A DNA stretch of 20,000 nucleotides from Priapulus caudatus (GCF_000485595.1 NW_014577085.1:625917-645916); one strand, 5' to 3'; positions 1 to 15,508 are shown, counted from the first letter of the stretch. Made by a program: numbers and translations. Notes: generated by a model not told the origin, from the letters alone.

Positions 1-88
1 ATAATTCATAACGTATAATTCATAACGTATTGCATCCGCATACACATAAACAAAAATGTGCATAACTTGACTTCCATTGAAAGGTTAA

Positions 89-861
89 GGATACTCTCAA
101 CCTTTTGCACGGGTATTGCTCTAATAAAGATTAAACGTTTATGGACGAATGAATCGAATCAATCACATTGTTTATATTTATAGAAGATATATGATCTCTA
201 TCTCAAGGCAAAAAATCTTCATCGAAATTTCCAGTCACTTAATATGTTACCACAAAAATTTGGATTTTTATGTAAAAAAGGACTTTTGGATATTTCTCAC
301 TTACCAGAGCAGTGTGAGTTGATACAAATATTTCACGCTCATCAGTTAAGCACAACATGTACGGCAAAAATCGCGCATCAGGATTTTCTTTAGGTTTCAT
401 ATTTACCGAGAAAATTAATAATAAACTGGCTCAAAATTCATCGGCACGTTTGAATTTTATAAATTTTGCGAAATAAAGAGACATAACTGAATAAAATGAC
501 GGCACTCCCATATACAATCCCTGACAGGTTTTTTTACCAGGCAATATGTTATCATTAAAAACGAACGTAAAATTAAATATTAATCCGATTGTAATCACAG
601 AGAAAATTCCATTTAACATGCGACTACTAAAGTCAGAATTGAAACGGAAAACTCAGACGTTTTCTGACGAACACCGCCGCGCTGCACCTACATGTTACGC
701 CGGGCAACAAAACGCTCTGACAAGCTTCGACATGTACCGCTTATATGGAGAAATGACATGTACGACAACGGGCTGCACAGAGTGTTTAGCACACATCGCA
801 TTAAAGTATGAAAATGAAAAATTACGGGTAATTTTTTTTTCTAAAACATTGAAGAGTATCC
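89..861. mobile_element. Non-autonomous Kolobok-like DNA transposon (TTAA TSD, GG termini)
   Basis: Left end TTAA|GGATACTCT-CAACCTTTT (from 85); right end reverse-complements to TTAA|GGATACTCTTCAATGTTTT (to 865). TTAA TSD with purine termini fits Kolobok rather than piggyBac (CCY termini). No transposase. Confidence 0.65.
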
Positions 862-1379
862 TTAAAGATAATCTGATGTAAACACAGAGACTCAGCAATT
901 TGTTTCAGTATCTCCGGCATAAAATTCAGGGGCGTCAACACTGTGACAGTGTGAGTCCAGATGCTCTGAAGTGAGCGTACCATACGCATGAATGAGAATA
1001 GGTTTTGGGCTACAGAAATCTGCCTGAATACCACATAAATGACGTCCTGCATACGCCACCTGGATTGGTCCGCTAAATTTGTAACGGGAGTGTTCTCTGT
1101 TATTCGAAGACAGAGGAATGTCGTTAAAATCCAGGAGAGAAATGCACGTATTAACTCGTTTTAATATTCAGCCTGCGCTGTATAGAAATACTATGGGTGA
1201 ACTAGCTATAAATAGTCGTATTCGCCTGTAGACAGGAATAGCATAGAAGCTCTTACAATATTTCTGTAGTAAAGTACTATTTTGCGTGTTGCAATGGCGT
1301 TGATTTGAATTCGACCATATGCGCCAATAATGCCCTTGTATCGTTGTGTTTTCTTCTAGAAAGCTGTTGTTCACCCATA

Positions 1380-2170
1380 CATTGCGTAGTAAAACACACG
1401 TGAATAGCCACTAGCAGCACATCCTTCGGATAGCTCACTGCGCTGTCTTGGGTCTACTATTTTGCACTGGCCGTGGAAATATCTGCGAGACGGCGCAATC
1501 AGGTTGGGAGTTTCTCGGCAACATGCGACCACACACCGTCCGGCGATATCTTCCAACCATCCAACTTAACCTGCACTCGCAGCAAGCGCCTTCACGCAGC
1601 GTATGTGTAGTGGATGACTTACAACTCGATGAAGCGACGAAGCGCGTACTTCCAGTGCGTTACATTGGACCGGAACGTCTGTTTCTTCGTACCATATATG
1701 GTTCGACACGCCATTACAGGTAATAATGTCCTCGATGTCAGCTGAGAAGCGCAGGCGCATGTCCGTCCAGAGAGGAGGTATTCTGAGGAAGAGTTCTCTC
1801 CACGCGTCTGATCAGCATTCACATCGCCCTTGCTATGCAGGCATATAGACTTCGATCGCTGCGGTAGTCCATACACAGCAGCAGCCTGCCCGCTCGGTCT
1901 GCTGCTCCTACGAACCTAAAGGCAGCTGAATGTGTTGTTCTGCGCCATTTCGTGGCGCTCACCCTAGCTTCATAGTATTCCACAGCCAAATCCTGCGTTA
2001 TCTCACAGACGCCAGTCAGCGTGCACTACCAAGCGATTTGGGTGTGCAGCCAACGGTAGTTTGCCAGTTGCGTCTTGTTTATGACTTCATCTTATCTTTG
2101 GCTATGACGGAAAGTTGCATCCAGCACGGATCTTGCCTTAGAACGTCAGTCCTGCACCAATGTCAGTCTG
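1380..2170 (-). pseudogene. Possible heavily decayed hAT-like transposase relic
   Basis: Frameshifted minus-strand fragments WSHVAEKLP/NL..RRY/PV.N/VD..R/VSY.KDVL (about 1414-1531) resemble the hAT C-terminal dimerisation motif W..LP.L...RY..P..SVD.ERSFS; AVEYYEA at 1966-1986. Recognised by eye only. Confidence 0.28.
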
Positions 2171-2455
2171 TAAAGACAAATGAACTGAATCTGTAGTTTA
2201 AGTAAAACCCATGGGACAGTGTCCTACGTAATGCGTGTGAGCAGAAAGTATATACCTTTAGCGACTGCAATCATGCAAAACATCGCGACCGCTAAAGTTT
2301 CAGTATCCGCGACAAGAAAGGCAGGATCTTCGAGAAACGGTGCGAAAGTCCTTGACGTACAGGCTGACGTTCGATTTCTTAAGACGGTTCGAGCAGTCGT
2401 TAGAAAGAACGTGTATCCCCCTTTAAAGAGGGTGTTAACATAGCAGGGAGAGAAG

Positions 2456-3200
2456 TCGGGGACGCCATGCAGACGGCTCAATGTGTCTAACAAAACTCAA
2501 CCTTCTTGTCTCACACAAAACCACTTTTGCTGACAGCCAACTGCAATTCGTGTCTGACAACAAAACGTCAATTTTGTTGAAGCACAAATAAATATAATTA
2601 TAGTCAATCCTTCTGTCGCCACAAAACTCAATGTTTGTGAACACCAAAACCTCATTCTGTCATCCTGTCCCCACAAGAACTCAATTTTGTGAACGACAAA
2701 ACTCAATTTTTCTGTCATCCTGCCACAAAACTCAATTTTGTAAACACACAAACTCAATTGCTGTCAAATCCTGTTCACAACTCGTATTTTGTTAGCCCAA
2801 AATATGGCAGCAGCTATGTAAGAAGGCTAACCATTGTCAGAACTGGGCTGGAGAAATGGGTCACTAAGTAAAGAAACAAGATGGCGACCGTGACACAATT
2901 TCTCCAGCCCAGTTTTCTTGAGCAATGTAGCCCTTCTTACATGCGTGTGCCATATTGGGCAACAAAATCGAGTTTTGTGAAGGCAGGATTGACAAGAATG
3001 AGTTTTGTGTTTACAAAATTGAGTTTTGTGGGACAGGATTGACAGAATTGAGTTTGTGTTCACAAAATTGAGTTTTGTGGGACAGGATTGACAAATTGAC
3101 TATTTGTGTTCCACAAAATTGAGTTTTGTCCCATCAACACGATCATTTTGTCAAGTTTATAGGTACGAAAAAATGCCATGTCCTGCAATGGCGCCCCGTA
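2456..3200. mobile_element. Foldback-type non-autonomous element: long inverted arms built of ~49-51-nt tandem units around a 25-nt spacer
   Basis: Left arm carries CACAAAACTCAATTTTGT units and the right arm ACAAAATTGAGTTTTGTG units. Inner arms AACTGGGCTGGAGAAAT..GTCAC / GTGAC..ATTTCTCCAGCCCAGTT flank spacer 2865-2889. Termini TCGGGGACGCCATGCAG / CTGCAATGGCGCCCCGTA; flanks GAGAGAAG vs GAGAGGGG. Confidence 0.8.
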
Positions 3201-3348
3201 GAGAGGGGGGCAAGGGGAGAGAACGAGTGTGCGGCGACGCGTGACGTACGCGTGTTGGGAAGTCCGAGTTTTGAAGTTGACTATGCATGCGGTGCTGTGG
3301 TATCTAGTATCGTAATTATACGCCATGTGTGCATGTAGATTATAACGC

Positions 3349-3351
<3 letters not shown>

Positions 3352-3384
<33 letters not shown>

Positions 3385-3396
3385 TTTTTTTTTTTT
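3352..3396. repeat. Poly(T) tract (45 nt, one A)
   Basis: Read directly from the sequence. Confidence 0.95.
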
Positions 3397-4245
3397 ATAT
3401 ATGCAATACGTGACCTCTTTGGATTATGGCTCTGAATTGCTGATTAAGACCGAAGGCGCAATTTTCCATCATTACAATTTCGTCTCGCTTAAAATGTCTC
3501 TCGTTAATATTAATACGGTACAGAATGAATCATCGTAGAATTTTTTCTTAGAAGCATCTCAACGGTGGCAAACCTTCTAAGAAGGAGAGGAAGCGAGTTA
3601 GTTATTTCATAGGTCGGCAACGGACAAGAGAGTTGACGTGTTTGACAGCAACACTATTATAAGGCGAGCCGGTGCGAGAAGTAAGTGTACAGTGAAATTA
3701 CGTGTTAATTTTATGATGTGATCGTACAAGATGTTTATCTTTATTTAAACATTTTCATCAGTAGTCCTCCTTCCTTGTCCTGAATTTATTGTGCATTTCT
3801 CTTCCAGCATAGCCTAGTCTGTGTGCAACTAACCAACCACGCCTACATAGCAAATAAGCGGTCAAGGATTGTCGTGAGTAAACCGTAGCACAAACAACGC
3901 GAAAATTATCTATGCTCTAGCAGTTTTAACCTTGTAAAAGTCCAATAGATTTAATTAATGCTCGTACGTCCAAGCCCTCACTCAAACTCCTGGCAATTGA
4001 GCCATTTCGACAGACGTGCATTCCTTGCAGAGACTAAACTGTCCGTGCTGCGGCAGGCAATGGTTTGATTCTCCAGTGTTCCTCCTGAACGGACACGTGC
4101 TGCAAATTCTACAGGAAAAAAGTACGAAGTTTAACTTGCGTTATGCGTTCGATATGTTGGTGAGTAATTTCATGCGAGAAATTATGCATTTAATTTTAAT
4201 AGCGGATTAGAGAAAAAGACGAAGCCTTGATGTGCGTATCTATGG

Positions 4246-4787
4246 CAATGACAATGATTTTGACAATGATTTTATTTTTTGACCGGCCCCTCTCGGGGCA
4301 TGGAAGAACTACATAGTTACATAATAAACATAGGAATCAGGTTTGGCAAACATTTGACAAACAATTAAATAAACTGCCAGATTTAACAAATAACTATAGC
4401 ACCCGGTGTCACCTGACACGATATATACTATACGTACATACTATGGTGCATTTAACCGATACATGTATATATAACTATACTGCTAATCAAACTTTGACAT
4501 AATAATCTTACACAGAATCTTGAAAGATTCTTTAACTGTTAACACTTTTAACATGAAACAACTGTTGCATTTTAAGAAACACTTGGTCTTTTGGTACCAT
4601 ATTCTTTAACAAAAAGCTACGATCTTCACTGAAAGCTGGGCAAACTAACGCATAATGAATTTATCCATGCATATTACACAGAATACATAATTTTAGTGCT
4701 TGGTCAGGTAAATAGCGACCATTTGCTATTAGCAGCTTATATATGATTTCCACAACAATATTTACATAGAGTTATTCTATCTCCTAC
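4246..4787 (-). mobile_element. Decayed non-LTR retrotransposon (LINE) 3' end with ORF2 C-terminal CCHC zinc knuckle; truncated by an assembly gap
   Basis: Minus strand, with frameshifts and a stop: DRITLCKYCCGNH/KLLIANGRY..KLCILCN..G*IHYALVCPAFSEDR..KMQQLF, the typical LINE ORF2 C-terminus (FRCGNHxLxIxxGR..CxxC..HYxxxC). Followed by AATAAA (4271-4276) and a short CATTGT-type tail (4246-4270). Confidence 0.78.
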
Positions 4788-5252
4788 NNNNNNNNNNGTA
4801 GGCAATCACGCATCATCCCACATACCCCCACGTCTACCTCAGTTGGGTATGGTCACGCCCGCTCAATCCCAGCACTGTGTCTATCCGGTTCACGACCTAT
4901 GCCTCCTAGCAAAGTATTAAAACTCATGGGTTCATGCCATCTCACACGCAACCCTATCCACCTCAGTTTCCCAATAATATGGACGCGCATTGATTTACCC
5001 ACCGCTCATGGGCAGAGTAAACATTTTCTATATAAATACGAGAGAGTTTTCTGCGTGGCTATATGTGTGGGACGACTAGCGTGTGGAGCCACTGTCTAGG
5101 CCAGAAGGGGCTTATGATAGGCCGAGCGGGGAGATTAAACACAAGAGCAATCTGATGTTGCTACCCGTACATTGTCGTGCATCTATCTCTGCGTCTCTGT
5201 TTGGTATTTCTTATTCTTTGCAAATCACCACCGATCGTGGATCGCTGTATCA

Positions 5253-5315
5253 TCTCTCACGCTAGCTCTTTCTCTCACGCTAGCTTTCGCTCTTGCTTCC
5301 TATCTCTCTCTCCCC

Positions 5316-5355
<40 letters not shown>

Positions 5356-5450
5356 CTCTCTATCATTCTCTCTCTGTACTCTTCTCTCTCGCGCTCTCTT
5401 TCACTCTCTCTCTCTCTCACTCTCTCTCGCGCTCTCTTTCACTCTCTCTC
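5253..5450. repeat. Imperfect (CT)n microsatellite
   Basis: Read directly; it explains the SL-rich pseudo-ORFs. Confidence 0.95.
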
Positions 5451-5804
5451 ACATACAGCTTCCTTTCCTTCTCTTATTCCATAATGGATTTGGGGGAGCA
5501 GCCGTATCTTGATAATCAGTCAATATTGGACCCCCCTTGATATCAGCTATTATCGACTATGTGCAGTCGAGCACGTCAGATTTTAATCGATTTACCGGTG
5601 CTTGTATGCTCGCATGTGGGCCTGCGTATACATATGCGTGTGAAGTGTTTGCGTGCTTGCGCACGCGTGTGCCTGCCTGCGAATATCCGTGATAAGCTCT
5701 TATTTGTGTGCACGAGGCTGTGAGCCTCGGAATCTAAAACGCAATGAGCGGCAAACCTCAAAGATACCAAAAACGCAAAATCTATATAACTTCTGGTACT
5801 TACG

Positions 5805-5807
<3 letters not shown>

Positions 5808-5844
<37 letters not shown>
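5808..5844. repeat. (TG)n microsatellite ending at an N
   Basis: Read directly. Confidence 0.95.
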
Positions 5845-6583
5845 NCTGGCTGTTGAATCATAAAGGTTGCGTCACCAAACATTTTCTCACTTTGTGACAA
5901 AAATGTTCTGTTATTTAACTTTGTTTACTATAGCTATAATGCCAATTTATTATACGGAAATATAATTTAAATTATTAATTACAGTTCATAATAACGATAT
6001 TATATTGAGTGATGGTTTTTTCGACAAGTGATACGAAAAATGTTCTAGAGTTGAGAATCAATACTAAATGGAAATATAACCAGACAGCCATATGCTATTA
6101 TTTTGGCAGATAATGTCCGAATTCAGTATCAATAGACCTCTCTCTTACGTCGCTGTGTAGAGGAATGTAAGGAGGCGGGGTGACGTTTAGCTCTTAAAAG
6201 TATGATGTTTGGATGAAATGTTTACGATGTTTCTCATGAAATCAGGGTCATAGTCAGTGTAAATTCCTCAATAAATAGTTCAGTGTCATTTTATTTTGCC
6301 CCATGAGTAAATGGTATCTGCGCTCCCAGAATATTTCAGTTTCAAAAATTTGGTTTTCATCTCTGGATGCACTTACAATGGTATTTACTTTCAATTACTT
6401 ACATTCACTTACAATTGTACTTCAAGAGTGTATAACAATCATAGTTAAACTTCAAGATGTTCGGTGCAAAACGTAACTAATTAAGAGAAATATTCTAATA
6501 AACCAATTAGGACTAGGGTTGTCAAAACGATGTAAAAGACCAAATAATGATAAAGAAGCCCATATAGACGGCGGAATCCAGGT

Positions 6584-6589
6584 TATCTA

Positions 6590-6673
<84 letters not shown>

Positions 6674-6861
6674 ATATCTATCTATCTATTCTATCTATCT
6701 AATCTATCTACTCTATCTATCTGATCTATCTATCTAATCTATCTTACCTCTTTATCTTTCTATCTATCTATCTCTCCTATCTATCTATCTAATCTATCTA
6801 TCTATCTATCTATCGATCTATCTATCTATCTATTCTATCTAGTTATCTATCTCTCTATCTA

Positions 6862-6903
<42 letters not shown>

Positions 6904-7058
6904 TCTATGCTATAATATCTATCGCATCGTTATCTATCTTATCTATCTATCTATCATATTATCCTATCTATCTATCTATTCTATTATCTCTATTTTATCT
7001 ATCTATCTATCTTCTATCTATCTATCTATCTATCTATCTTATCTATCTATCTATCTAT

Positions 7059-7094
<36 letters not shown>

Positions 7095-7484
7095 ATCTAT
7101 ACTATCTATCTATCTTATCTATCTATCTATCTATCTATCTATATATCTAACTAATTCTATCTATCTATAATCGATCTATCTATCTATGCTATCTATCTAT
7201 CTATCTATCTATCTTATCTATCTATCTATCTTATCTATCTACATCCATTTCCAGCCATCCATCCATCCAATCCATCCATCCATCCATCCATCCATGCCAA
7301 TCCATCCATCCATCCATCCATCCATCCAATCATCCATCCATTCCATCCATCGATCATCGATCCATCGATCATCGATCCATCGATCCATCGATCTATCTAT
7401 TATCTATTATCTTATCTATCTATCTATCTACTATCTATCGATCGATCTATCCATCCATCTATCTATCTATCTATCTATCTATCG

Positions 7485-7530
<46 letters not shown>

Positions 7531-8011
7531 ATCTATCATATCTAATCATATCTATCTATCTATCTATCATCTATCTATCTATCTATCATATACGAAATAC
7601 ATATTATCATATCATATCTATCTATAATAAATACAATCTATCTATCTACCTATCTATCTACTATCTATCTAGCTATCTATACTATCTATTTATCTATCTA
7701 TCTATCTTTATCTATCTGTCTATCTATCTATCTATCTAATTTACCTATCTATCTATCTATACTATCTATCTATCTATCTATCTATGATTATCTATCTATT
7801 CTATCTATCTATCTGTCTTCTATCGATCTATCTATCTATCTATCTATCATATCTATCTATCTATCTATCTATTCTTATCTATCTATCTATCTATCTATGT
7901 ATCTATGGATCTATCTATGTATCTATGTATCTATGTATGCTATCTATCTATCTATCTATCTAATCTATCTATCTATCTATCTATCCTATTCTATCTATCT
8001 TATTCTATCTG

Positions 8012-8061
<50 letters not shown>

Positions 8062-8230
8062 GTATCTATGGTATCATATGTATGTATCCTATCTAATCTA
8101 TCTATCTCTATCTATTTATCTATCTATCTATCGATGTATCTTATCTATGTATCTTCTCATCTATCTATCTTATCTTATCTATTTATCTATCTATCTATCT
8201 ATCTACTCTATCTATCTATCTATCAATCTG

Positions 8231-8279
<49 letters not shown>

Positions 8280-8481
8280 ATATCTATCTATCTATCTATC
8301 TATCCATCGATCTATTTATCTATCTATCTATCTAGCTATCTATCTATATATCGATCTATCTATCTATCTATCTATTTATCTATCTATCTATCTAGCTATC
8401 TATTTATATATCTTTCTATCTATCTATCTATCGATCTATATATCTATCTATATATCTATCTATCTATCTATCTATCTATCT
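6584..8481. repeat. ~1.9-kb (ATCT)n/GATA tetranucleotide array with (ATCC)n and (ATGT)n sub-blocks
   Basis: Read directly: ATCC block ~7243-7390, ATGT variants ~7897-8150, followed by CCCT/CTTC repeats to ~8535. Confidence 0.97.
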
Positions 8482-9418
8482 CTTCCCTCCCTCCCTCCTT
8501 TCTTCCCTCCCTCCCTCCTTTCTTCCCTCCCTCCCATTTCTCTCTCTTCTTGTTTGTTCTCTTCCCCCCTGTCTTTCTGTCTTTTTCTCTCTATCTATCT
8601 ACCTGTATCATTCTGTGCCTTTTTTTCTATCGTTCTGTCGTTCGATTCTCATCTCTCTAGAAACGTTCATCAGCACGAGCAAATTTCGTAGCACAAGATG
8701 TTAATATCACAACCAGTCACTCAATGCCAGTAACATACGACGGTTCTATATGCGATATATCAAGGCCACCTGCGCCAACTAAGCAGACTACGGGTTGCGT
8801 CTCTCAGTGATGCAGTAGTATTGACCGACCGAAGCCGTACAAATCTAGAGGCAAGCAATCTGCTTTAGGGTGTCACGGTGGTCGTAGTTATACCCGCAGT
8901 AGCTGTATGTATGCGTCCGATTTCTATAAACCTATCGAGCCGTTGACCGCCCGTCGCCATCACGTGTACTGCGACGCCTGCGACTGTCAGTGTAGCACTC
9001 CGCCAGAGACCGTGCGACAAGTAGTGATCATTATTATTATCACAGGGACGCCGCCAGGTATTCACGCAAATGCCAGTTGTTCGCAGGTGATAGCAGGTAC
9101 TCTCGGATCGTTGTCGCGCGTTTATGCGGCTTGACTGTCGAGCACGGGAGCGTTTGTCATCCCAATACGAGTTTATGTATAAGCTGGATGGACCACAGTC
9201 ACCACAAATCTTTAAAAAAGGCAGGACGACTAAACTGTGCGGTGTGCAATTTTACCAGCAGTTATAATGAGCCTTTCACGTGCAGTGTTGATCTGTTTCC
9301 AAGATAAACGTGATTAAAGTTTCGACGGACCGCCGAAACTCATTGACGCGTATGTGTCATGTCAGGAAAAGCGTTTTTGAAAAAACGCGGAGACAATACA
9401 TACGCGTAGGCATCTTCC

Positions 9419-9424
9419 TATAAA
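9419..9424 (+). promoter_or_regulatory. Putative TATA box of the thioredoxin gene
   Basis: CCTATAAA 84 nt upstream of the ATG, with Inr-like TCA motifs about 25-33 nt downstream (9444-9452). Confidence 0.55.
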
Positions 9425-9502
9425 CGCTCGGATATCTTCACATTCAGAATCACCGTGTGCTACCTGCTGTATAGCGAAACTGTCCACGAGAATAACTGAA
9501 CA

Positions 9503-13183
<3,681 letters not shown>

Positions 13184-13312
13184 CATAAAAGTAGTAATAT
13201 TACCTTAGTAATGTGTGTTTAATTACATATCTATAGATTTTGCTAATATTTACAGTTTACACATATCACTTGTTTGATCTGACATAGACATTTGCAAGCC
13301 ACATATGAAATT

Positions 13313-13318
13313 AATAAA
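13313..13318 (+). terminator. Polyadenylation signal of the thioredoxin gene
   Basis: First AATAAA after the stop codon, ~130 nt downstream, in an AT-rich 3' UTR. Confidence 0.65.
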
Positions 13319-13450
13319 TAATATGAAATGGCATTACTTTTTCCCGATACAAACTGTTCAGAGTTAGCGTGATATTGTAGATAGGCCTAAACATGTAGGC
13401 CTACCTACGCACTAATATATTAATAGGATTTAGTTGCTACAAAATGCCGA

Positions 13451-13502
13451 ACATACTGCGTCGCATAACGCACTCCATAGTGCGTTATGCGACGCAATAT
13501 GT
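13451..13502. repeat. 24-bp-arm inverted repeat with a 4-nt loop
   Basis: ACATACTGCGTCGCATAACGCACT-CCAT-AGTGCGTTATGCGACGCAATATGT, 23/24 paired. Confidence 0.93.
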
Positions 13503-14471
13503 AGGCCTACACGCAATCACGATAATTACATAACAAGGTAATTAGGAATTAGGACCTTTTTATACGATATAGGGCGCGCGCATATCACGGCAATGCACAT
13601 GAGCACACCGGACTGTATCACAATGTGTAATTGTAATGTGTAATTGTAATGCAGGCAAATATTACTGTAAATTAAGCTAGGCTAGGAAGTTGTTTTCCTA
13701 TAATATGGCCGCCTTTTGGTCCTAAAGTAGGCCTAGCTACTCATCTTTCGCAGAACTACATCAGTGGGAATAATTACACTCGCTTGAAAAATTTCTTTAC
13801 ATTTGATATAAGGTTAGACGGAACTGATCATCAGTGCGATGTCGACTACTGATCGATTATCGATCACCAATACCAATCAAAACCAAACAGACGATGGTTA
13901 CGATGCATATTTTGCGTAGCGCAGACTGTGGGTAGAGGCCCTACGCGAAAAAAGTAGAACTAACAAGAGCCACATCGATTTCTTGGGTTTTGTATGTAAA
14001 CGTATCAATGCCATGCAGCTGTAGATCTTGAATACTATATCCACGTGTTTCCTAATGTTACTACTTGCTCGGTAACTCTGGTAAATATAGGGACCCCGCA
14101 CCCTGTGCCAAGGTGTGGTTCTACCTTTGTAATTTGACGTAGTTTCATAAGCGTGGATTTAGTGTATATACATTAATTTAACATTATACATTTTACATTT
14201 TTTTTACATTATATACATTAATTTAAGCAGTGTTCGGAGTTCATGCTTGCAAAACTCATGCCATATGTTTTTGTGTGTGCGTGTGTGTATGTGCAGAATG
14301 ACTATCTTCTTACGTACCTAAATGCGTACGTGTTTGTTATGTTATATATGCTGTCTTAATTATATGGCTACATGCTGCTTATTGTAGAGGTGCCTGATCT
14401 ACACGCAAATCACATGGCCTTCATAAGAGATAGCGCACTGTTCACGCTTAGCGGTTTACATTATTTATTGA

Positions 14472-15188
14472 ATAATTGATAGAATTCTAATTGAATCTGT
14501 TCAAGTAAGGGCAGTGAAAATAATAATAGGTTATAATAATTGGAATAGGTACGACATGTACGATGAGGTACTATCTCAGCTTCAGATCCAAAGACTTGCG
14601 TTTCGTCGCGAGCAGCTTTGTGAAAATGTTGCTTATCAGCTCAAAAGTTGTAAACGATTACAGGATATTTGCCCTCCTTCAGCAATAAATGTGTCTAACC
14701 GCATAACACGGAATTCTAGTAAACTCCGGCTTGCAAAAGTCCCTCGTACCAGCCGGTACTTCAATAGCCCTGTTCCGTATACATGTGCAGGATGATTAAC
14801 AAATTGTAAACAGGCACTGAATTTTTTACAATAGCATGGATAATTAGTCTTTTGCTTGCGCCCCTTTATAAACATTTTGGTCTCTTTGAAATAACAGTAC
14901 TCTCTGGGCAACTTTCGGTTATGTGATATGTTTGATTCTATCATTGTGTCGCATTTTAATTGTAACTATTTTTTGACCAAGGATCACGTTATTTTAAATT
15001 TAGTATATATTCTAAAGATGGTTTTTAGTTGTAGTGATATAATTTTACGAACCAACATTTTAAGTGATATCTATGTCTTACCATGGGACATATATTATTG
15101 TAAATATCGTCAATTTCAGTTTTATACTGCCTGATGATAACTTGTTTGCACAATTTATTTTAATTGTAACACTAGTTTTGCAATAAAC

Positions 15189-15262
<74 letters not shown>
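14472..15262 (+). mobile_element. 5'-truncated CR1/L2-group LINE 3' end with 3' UTR and (TATC)n tail
   Basis: Frame 14472-14795 reads IESVQVRAVKIIIG..YDEVLSQLQIQRLAFRREQLC..PP..RN..PRTSRYFNSPVPY, a typical post-RT C-terminus (ESVQKRAxKII..YxEAL..L..RR..LC..RTxRYxxSxxPY). Then an AT-rich UTR, AATAAA at 15182-15187 and (TATC)n at 15193-15262. The element may extend further 5'. Confidence 0.8.
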
Positions 15263-15506
15263 GAAGACGGACACTAGAACACTATAGTGAAGGGAAGAGG
15301 GGTTGGAAACAAAGAGTGGAGATATTGTTAAGGTATCGCGAGTAACTACAGAAAATGTGAGAACGCCAATAACAAAACCAAACAATTTCTGATTTTTTCG
15401 AACGTCGCTGCTTAAATATTGCACTCGCTGTCTTCTTTGCCGTTTCTCAATTCTCACACCCACGCTGCGTTTTCCGCGCGCATATAACTGCGTTGAACTG
15501 CGGCAC

Positions 15507-15508
<2 letters not shown>

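Noticed and set aside
1..30. 14-nt tandem duplication (and a 13-nt one near 13624-13651)
   Set aside because: Ordinary local slippage duplications.
1700..1709. GGTTCGA B-box-like motif (also at 2386)
   Set aside because: No A-box or cloverleaf; it does not support a tRNA or SINE.
1830..1925. Minus-strand FRFVGAADRAGRLLLCMDY resembling a kinase hinge region
   Set aside because: No HRD or DFG motifs follow and the frame closes; probably chance.
2489..3130. CRISPR-like appearance of regularly spaced palindromic repeats (also 16745-16835)
   Set aside because: The intervening sequences are repeated rather than unique spacers, the context is eukaryotic and there are no cas genes.
5172..5540. SL-rich ORFs (also the RE/SL ORFs at 15260-15806)
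   Set aside because: They are translations of CT/GA microsatellites; some span N gaps.
6519..8691. ORFs rich in YLSI repeats (up to 264 aa)
   Set aside because: They are translations of the ATCT microsatellite.
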